From an uncultured Burkholderiales bacterium (GTDB lineage: Bacteria > Pseudomonadota > Gammaproteobacteria > Burkholderiales > Burkholderiaceae_C): 12,434 nt of DNA. The notes below the pieces were generated by a model. The model was not told the DNA's origin. It saw nothing but the letters and a program-made list of their open reading frames with translations, and ran no database searches. Of this stretch, positions 7,569 to 12,434 are shown one piece after another. Position 1 is the first letter of the stretch. Each line of letters starts with the position of its first letter. Made by a program: the position numbers and the translations under genes. The DNA lies in the NCBI GenBank assembly GCA_903956845.1, contig CAJBOO010000238.1:1-12434 (forward strand), written 5' to 3'.

Positions 7569-8807
7569 ATGAAGCAGTTCGCGCTTTGGCTGGGTTTGGC
7601 ATTGGTGGCGGGTGTCGCCACCGAATCCGCCTGGGCCCATGGCGAGCGTTCACAAGAACCATACCTGCGCACCCGCACCGTGCAGTATTACGACGTGCAC
7701 TACGACAAACAAACCGTCAAGGTCAACGAAGAGTTCACCTCGATTGGCAAGTTTCGTTTGATGGAAGACTGGCCCGATGCCGTGAGCCTGCCAGAAACAG
7801 TGTTTTTGGCCGCTTATGCACCCGGCCCCATGATCACGCGCGTGGAAAGCTACCTCAATGGCGTGCCTGCGCGCCAATCGTTTTCCAAGCTGGAATTGGG
7901 CCGTGATTACGAATTCAAATTGGTCATGAAGGGGCGTGTGCCTGGGCGACACCACATCCATCCCTTGTTGTCCGTCGAGGGCTCAGGCCCCTTGGTCGGT
8001 CCGGGTCAATGGATTGAAGTCACTGGCAACAAAGCCGATTACGTGATGCCGGTCACCACCATGAACGGTTTGAAAATCGACAACATCGAGTTTTATGGCA
8101 CGGCACGTGCGCTGAAATGGTATGGCGTTTGGATTGCGTTGGCTGCCTTTTGGTTGCTGTTCTGGTTGGTCCGCCCCTTGCTGTTGCCGCGCTGGATTGC
8201 TTTGAACAAAGGCCGTGAAGACGTGCTGATCACCAGCCGCGACATCACCGTGGGTGTGGTCTTGGGGGTGGTGGTGGTGGCCATCAGTTTCGGTGGATAC
8301 ATCTACGCCAACAAAGAGTACCCCTATGTGGTGCCTTTGCAGGCTGGTACCAACAAAGTCGACCCCTTGCCCTTGCCCAAGAGCGATGTGAAAGTCGTGG
8401 TCACCAAAGCCACCTATGACGTGCCTGGGCGCGCCATGTATGTCACAGCCCGCATGACCAACAACGGCCCTGAAGCGGTCTCCATTTTGGAGTTCGCCAC
8501 CGCCAACCTGCGTTTTGTCAACTTGCAAGCGCCCGGCGCTGACAAGGTCATCTCGCCAGACTATCCGCGCGACTTGGTGGCACGCGCTGGCATGGGGTTG
8601 ACCGACCAGAAACCCTTGATGCCGGGCGAAACCCGTGAAATCAAATTCGAAGCCAGTGACGCCATGTGGGAAGTCGAGCGCTTGGTCAGCTTCTTGACCG
8701 ACGTGGACTCCAAATTCGGTGGTTTGCTGTTCTTCGTCGACAAGTCGGGCAACCGCATGATGACCGAAATTGGCGGCCCCATCCTGCCCACCTTCACGGC
8801 GCTTTGA
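7569..8807 (+). CDS. xmoB: Copper membrane monooxygenase subunit B (PmoB/AmoB family), periplasmic cupredoxin subunit with signal peptide
   Basis: The signal peptide MKQFALWLGLALVAGVATESAWA is followed by mature HGERSQEPYLRTRTVQYYD (compare the PmoB HGEKSQ N-terminus). The HxH ligand pair is in PGRHHIHPLLSVEGSGPLVGPGQWIEV. There are two TM helices (WYGVWIALAAFWLLFWLV; ITVGVVLGVVVVAISFGGYIY) and a C-terminal cupredoxin domain (ATYDVPGRAMYVTARMTNNG...EFATANLRFVN). Alternative starts are GTG 7548 (preceded by AAGGGG) or the track ATG 7503. Confidence 0.9.
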   Translation: MKQFALWLGLALVAGVATESAWAHGERSQEPYLRTRTVQYYDVHYDKQTVKVNEEFTSIGKFRLMEDWPDAVSLPETVFLAAYAPGPMITRVESYLNGVPARQSFSKLELGRDYEFKLVMKGRVPGRHHIHPLLSVEGSGPLVGPGQWIEVTGNKADYVMPVTTMNGLKIDNIEFYGTARALKWYGVWIALAAFWLLFWLVRPLLLPRWIALNKGREDVLITSRDITVGVVLGVVVVAISFGGYIYANKEYPYVVPLQAGTNKVDPLPLPKSDVKVVVTKATYDVPGRAMYVTARMTNNGPEAVSILEFATANLRFVNLQAPGADKVISPDYPRDLVARAGMGLTDQKPLMPGETREIKFEASDAMWEVERLVSFLTDVDSKFGGLLFFVDKSGNRMMTEIGGPILPTFTAL

Positions 8808-8808
8808 C

Positions 8809-9384
8809 ATGTCAATCAAACACCTGTTGTTGACTGGGTGCCTGTGGCTGAGCGCCACAGGTGCTTGGGCGCACGGTGGCTTGTCCATGGACCAAGACAT
8901 GTGCAAGCTCACCGTCGGCCCTCACATGATGCATTTCGCGGGCTACCAAGAAGACGCGCAACGCACCGAGTTTTGTGAAGACATTCCGCACAACGGGCCG
9001 ACCGTCATCGTGCTCGATGTGGTGGACTTGGCGCTGCGTGATTTGCCCATCGAATTTCGCATCGTTCGCAAAACCGACGGCCCCTTGGAGGCAGCGCCTG
9101 AGGTCTTCAAACTCGCGCCTGCGGTTTATCCCAAGGGCACGGTGTTGATTCGCCACGATTTCATAGACGATGGCGACTATGTCGGCATGGTCTATGCGGG
9201 CGCTGACCGCAAGTATGCGTCGGTGTTTCCTTTCTCGGTGGGCAATCCCCGCGTGCCATATTGGAAATACACCTTGGGCTTGGTGGCTTTGCTGTTGCTC
9301 GCGGTGGCGGGCCTTCAGGTCGGCCGCCAACGGTTGCAAAGAGACGTGGCCATGCAAAGCCCCAACGACACGCAAGGGACTTGA
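8809..9384 (+). CDS. pmoD: PmoD/AmoD/AmoE-like periplasmic copper protein with C-terminal membrane anchor
   Basis: The ATG at 8809 lies 1 nt after the xmoB stop; the track ORF started earlier, at 8770. The signal peptide MSIKHLLLTGCLWLSATGAWA is followed by HGG. A C-x7-M-x-H motif (CKLTVGPHMMH, nt 8902-8934) matches, as I recall it, the CuA-forming motif described for PmoD. There is a beta-rich periplasmic domain of about 150 aa, then a single C-terminal TM (YTLGLVALLLLAVAGLQVG) followed by RQRLQR. Its position directly after subunit B matches amoCAB-amoE/D and pmoCAB-pmoD loci. Confidence 0.6.
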   Translation: MSIKHLLLTGCLWLSATGAWAHGGLSMDQDMCKLTVGPHMMHFAGYQEDAQRTEFCEDIPHNGPTVIVLDVVDLALRDLPIEFRIVRKTDGPLEAAPEVFKLAPAVYPKGTVLIRHDFIDDGDYVGMVYAGADRKYASVFPFSVGNPRVPYWKYTLGLVALLLLAVAGLQVGRQRLQRDVAMQSPNDTQGT

Positions 9385-9386
9385 AC

Positions 9387-9749
9387 ATGTGCGCGGGGTG
9401 GCGCTGGTGGGGTTTGTGCATGGTGGGCTTGCCTGTGTGGGCAGGGGCCCACGCACACTTGCTGGGCACTGAGCCCCCCAGCAACGCCCTCATCAGTCAA
9501 TCACCCCAGCAACTGCGCTTGCGGTTTTCTGAACCGATTGAGCAACAGTTCGTGCGCATCCAGGTCATGGCGGATGCCAAACCGCTGCCGCTGAATCCAG
9601 CCAACATGCAGTGGGAAGCTTCCGCCAAAACCCTGGTGGTCAACCTGCCCGCCCACCAAGCCAGCAGTTACCAAGTGCAGTGGTCCATCTTGGCCAAAGA
9701 TGGACACGCTGGGAAAGGGCAATACACCTTCAAAGTCAAGTCACCTTAG
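9387..9749 (+). CDS. copC: Periplasmic copper-binding protein CopC (Cu(II)-site-only type)
   Basis: The ATG at 9387 lies 2 nt after the pmoD-like stop, with AAGGGA as SD. The signal peptide ...GLPVWAGA is followed by a mature HAHLLGTEP N-terminus (His1 of the CopC Cu(II) site). The C-terminal W.ILAKDGHAGKGQYTFKV carries the conserved D-x-H. A Met-rich Cu(I) loop is absent. Confidence 0.85.
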   Translation: MCAGWRWWGLCMVGLPVWAGAHAHLLGTEPPSNALISQSPQQLRLRFSEPIEQQFVRIQVMADAKPLPLNPANMQWEASAKTLVVNLPAHQASSYQVQWSILAKDGHAGKGQYTFKVKSP

Positions 9750-9751
9750 CC

Positions 9752-11638
9752 GTGGATCCCATCCCTGTCCTGCGCGGTGTTCAAACTGCCCTGATGGCAT
9801 GGGCGTTTGGGCTGTTGTTCACCTCATGGCTTGGTTCACCCACACCGCGTCAAATGACGGCGCGCCGACTGGCATGGTGGCTGACTTGGGCGGCATGGCT
9901 GGTTGCACTGGCCCGGCTGGCCGACATGGCTTGGCATCTCTCGTCATTGAGCGAGGCTGAGCCCAGCGTTGGACTGGTGGCGCAGACTTATGTCGGTCAG
10001 GTGTTATTGACCCAGGTGGTTTGTCTGTCCCTGGTGCTGGTCTCGATATGGCAGGCGCGTGCGGTCAAACTCGGTCTGTGTGGGATGGTGTTGGCCATGC
10101 TGTGCACCGCCTTGGCCGGTCACGTCACGGCGGCTGCCGAGGGTTGGCGGCAAATCGTGGTGTCGCTCACACATGTGTTGCTCGCGCAGTTGTGGCTTGC
10201 AGGCGTGTGGGGTCTGTGGTGGCAAAGCCGGCGCAGCGACGAGGCGGTCGAGTCTTGGCGTCAATCCTTGGCGCGCTTTTCCAAGCTGGCCTTGCCAGGC
10301 ATGCTGCTGCTCTTGCTGTCAGGGCTGGGCTTGGCGTATTGGACTGTGGGCAGTTGGCCGGCTTTGCTGGCCACGGCGTATGGGCAACAGTTGCTCATCA
10401 AATCAGGGTTGGTGGTGGGTGTCTTGGTGTGTGCGTGGCAATTGCGCCAATGGTTGGTTAGGCCAAGCGACACAGGCAACCTGGGTCGTGCATGGCTGAG
10501 CAGTGAGAGCAGTGTGGCCTTGGCGGTGTTGTTGATGGCCAGTGTGATGGCGGCCACCGTGCCGGCGGCGCACGACACCATCGCGTGGCCATTCGCATTT
10601 CGTTGGGCCCCAGTGTTGGCTTGGCGGCAAGACCCGATAGGCACAGGCCAAAGCTTGGCGTGGGCAGCGGGCTGGTGTGTGCTGGGGGGCGTTTGCTGGG
10701 CCATCTGGCGTCGCGGCCATCGGCAGCGTGCACGCGGGGCTTTGGTCGCAGGCATCGTGGGTGGGTTGGTCGTGGCTTTACCGGCCACCAGCATTTCCGC
10801 TTACCCAACCACTTACATGCATTCGTCGGCGCGTTTGGATGCGGCATCTGTCTCGGCCGGCGAACAGCTCTATGGTCAGCACTGCTTGGCCTGCCATGGC
10901 GTGCACGGGCATGGCGATGGCCCGGTGGCGGCACTGAACCGACTCAAACCCGCCAACCTGACCGAGCCCCATGTCAGTTGGCACACCCATGGTGACATGT
11001 TTTGGTGGCTCAGCCACGGCAAAGGACCCATGCCAGGCTTTGCCGATGTCTTGTCAATCGACGAACGTTGGCACCTGATCAATTGGTTGATCGCGATGTC
11101 TTTGGGATACGAAGCCCGCACGCTCACCAGCACACCTTCGCCCTTCAACCCCTGGTTGCCCAGCATCGATTTCCGTTTTCAAATGGACAACAACCAATTC
11201 ATGTCCTTGTCTGAGTGGCGCGGCTTGCATGCGGTGCATTTGGTCATCGTCAACCATGAAAGCCAATTGCAGCGCGTGCGTGACTTGTTGCAAGACATGA
11301 AGGGTTTTCCGGCGCAACTGGTGATCGTCAGCCGGCCCGCATGGTTGAAGGACTTGGTCAAAGGCCCGTGCGAGGCTATTTTGGTGAGCGACCCGCAAGG
11401 CGAGATCGCACAAGCGTGGGCGAACTACCGCCGAAGCTTTGCTGCACCCGATTTGCTGAATGAAGAAACCCAGGTGCCACGCATGGAGTTTTTGATCGAT
11501 CGGTACGGCTTTGTGCGCGCACGCTGGCGCTCAGACGAGTCGCCCTCGGCCTTGTCTGTGAGCGAACTCAAAGCGGTTTACGACAGCTTGTCTGTGGAAG
11601 GTGAAATCAAATCCGCAGCGATACATCAACATGACTGA
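9752..11638 (+). CDS. copD: CopD-family membrane protein fused to a periplasmic class-I cytochrome c domain and a C-terminal Cys-less thioredoxin/redoxin-fold domain
   Basis: The likely start is GTG 9752, 2 nt after the copC stop, giving (M)DPIPVLRG...; the alternative is ATG 9794. About 10 predicted TM helices carry CopD-like LAGHV...SLTHVLLAQLWLAGVWGL. A positively charged loop RRGHRQRAR lies between the last two helices. Next comes heme motif CLACH (nt 10883-10897) with downstream GPMPGF as the likely Met ligand. The C-terminal segment of about 160 aa (FMSLSEWRGLHAVHLVIVNHES...ILVSDPQGEIAQAW...MEFLIDRYGFVRARW) has an AhpC/TSA/TlpA-like pattern but no Cys at the catalytic position. Confidence 0.75.
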   Translation: MDPIPVLRGVQTALMAWAFGLLFTSWLGSPTPRQMTARRLAWWLTWAAWLVALARLADMAWHLSSLSEAEPSVGLVAQTYVGQVLLTQVVCLSLVLVSIWQARAVKLGLCGMVLAMLCTALAGHVTAAAEGWRQIVVSLTHVLLAQLWLAGVWGLWWQSRRSDEAVESWRQSLARFSKLALPGMLLLLLSGLGLAYWTVGSWPALLATAYGQQLLIKSGLVVGVLVCAWQLRQWLVRPSDTGNLGRAWLSSESSVALAVLLMASVMAATVPAAHDTIAWPFAFRWAPVLAWRQDPIGTGQSLAWAAGWCVLGGVCWAIWRRGHRQRARGALVAGIVGGLVVALPATSISAYPTTYMHSSARLDAASVSAGEQLYGQHCLACHGVHGHGDGPVAALNRLKPANLTEPHVSWHTHGDMFWWLSHGKGPMPGFADVLSIDERWHLINWLIAMSLGYEARTLTSTPSPFNPWLPSIDFRFQMDNNQFMSLSEWRGLHAVHLVIVNHESQLQRVRDLLQDMKGFPAQLVIVSRPAWLKDLVKGPCEAILVSDPQGEIAQAWANYRRSFAAPDLLNEETQVPRMEFLIDRYGFVRARWRSDESPSALSVSELKAVYDSLSVEGEIKSAAIHQHD

Positions 11639-12434
11639 ACGCGCTTCCAACCTGTGGATGCAGCGAGGGCAATGGCTGATCGCCGCCTTGGCCGTGAGCG
11701 GTTTTTTGTACCTGGTGGCGCAAAGTTGGCTCAAACCACCGTTGCCCGCAGCGGCAGCCTCGCTGACCCCCTTGCCTGAAGGCTGTGCCCCTGGCTTGAC
11801 GGGTCAGCCCGGGCGACACATGGATGTGCAGACCCCCCATGGCTTGCGCTACTCGGTGGTGGCCCCCAGCAACTACCAGCCCACGCAACGCCACGGTTTG
11901 TTGATGATGTACCCACCCGCAGGTTTTTCCAACGACCTGGCAGAGCGCTATTACCGTTTGAGCGAAGAAGCCAATCGCCATGGGTATGTCGTGGTGTTCA
12001 GTGACGCCATCCCCTTGTCCGCACGAGCGTTGCGCCTGCAAAGCGAGGTCGTGCCCGATGTCGTGGCGCACTGGTGCATCGATCCCGAGCGGGTGGTGTT
12101 TGCGGGGCATTCGGATGGTGGGAGTGTGACCACGGGCTTGACGGTGCGTGCATCGGTCTCGCCGCCACCCACCCGCATCGTGTCGAGTGCCGCGGGCATC
12201 ACAGCGCAAGACTTGCAGCAAGAGCGATGCCCAGCACCTTTGCATGTCACGGTGTTGCACAACCCCAAGGACCAGTTGTTTCCGGGCTATGGCGAGGGTG
12301 TGGTCACGTGGTGGGGGCAGTGCATGCAATGCACCGAGCAAGTGCAAACCGAGCCCTCAGGATGTGTGGTGCGCCAGTGCGCGCAAGGCAAGGTGTTGCG
12401 GCACTGTGTGACTTCCGAGCCGCATGTGGTCTGG
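11631..12434 (+). CDS. Membrane-anchored alpha/beta-hydrolase (esterase / PHB-depolymerase-like family), partial, continues beyond window end
   Basis: Absent from the track because it has no stop in the window. My manual translation from ATG 11631, which overlaps the copD-fusion stop by 8 nt, is open for all 268 codons. It reads MTERASNLWMQRGQWLIAALAVSGFLYLVAQSW (TM anchor)...RHGLLMMYPPAGFS...HGYVVVFSD...IDPERVVFAGHSDGGSVT (G-x-S-x-G nucleophile elbow)...VTVLHNPKDQLFP...SEPHVVW. The 246-aa minus-strand ORF 11607..12347 is its antisense shadow. Confidence 0.5.
   Translation, partial: MTERASNLWMQRGQWLIAALAVSGFLYLVAQSWLKPPLPAAAASLTPLPEGCAPGLTGQPGRHMDVQTPHGLRYSVVAPSNYQPTQRHGLLMMYPPAGFSNDLAERYYRLSEEANRHGYVVVFSDAIPLSARALRLQSEVVPDVVAHWCIDPERVVFAGHSDGGSVTTGLTVRASVSPPPTRIVSSAAGITAQDLQQERCPAPLHVTVLHNPKDQLFPGYGEGVVTWWGQCMQCTEQVQTEPSGCVVRQCAQGKVLRHCVTSEPHVVW

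Noticed and set aside
7983-8912. 309-aa minus-strand ORF antisense to xmoB and the start of the pmoD-like gene
   Set aside because: It has no recognisable domain and a low-complexity His/Gly/Asp/Val-rich sequence. The plus-strand frames carry diagnostic PmoB motifs.
11607-12347. 246-aa minus-strand ORF, the only track ORF of size in this region
   Set aside because: It is Arg/His/Gly-rich with no motif. The opposite strand has a stop-free frame from ATG 11631 to the window end with a TM anchor and a GHSDG serine-hydrolase elbow, coupled to the upstream gene.
1-12434. Scan for tRNA/rRNA genes, CRISPR arrays, IS elements or transposases, integrases, and toxin-antitoxin or defence-system genes
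   Set aside because: I recognised no spaced direct repeats, no cloverleaf-like or rRNA-like segments, and no ORF with transposase, integrase or nuclease-type motifs. The accessory character of the right half rests on gene content and composition only.

Overview
High-GC (about 65-70% in the flanks by spot counts) betaproteobacterium-like chromosomal window, possibly Burkholderiales/Comamonadaceae; this taxonomy is inferred from composition and gene content only. The window has two parts.

(1) Positions 1-5644 hold ordinary housekeeping genes. On the minus strand: a partial HTH-like ORF, pyrF, a family-4 uracil-DNA glycosylase, rimI, tsaB and an EamA/DMT transporter, the last three joined by ATGA start/stop overlaps. 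On the plus strand, divergent from these: dacB (PBP4).

(2) Positions 5645-12434 hold a 220-bp AT-rich regulatory gap followed by a tightly packed plus-strand operon. It encodes a complete copper membrane monooxygenase (PmoC/A/B-AmoC/A/B family, order C-A-B). Next come a PmoD/AmoD-like periplasmic copper protein, CopC, and an unusual CopD::cytochrome c::Cys-less redoxin-fold fusion. The last gene is a membrane-anchored alpha/beta-hydrolase that runs off the window and is therefore absent from the supplied ORF track.

All canonical CuMMO metal ligands I can align by eye are intact. The substrate (methane, ammonia, short alkanes or alkenes) cannot be read from the sequence. I saw no tRNA/rRNA, CRISPR array, transposase or integrase. 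The many long antisense ORFs in the track are high-GC shadow ORFs.
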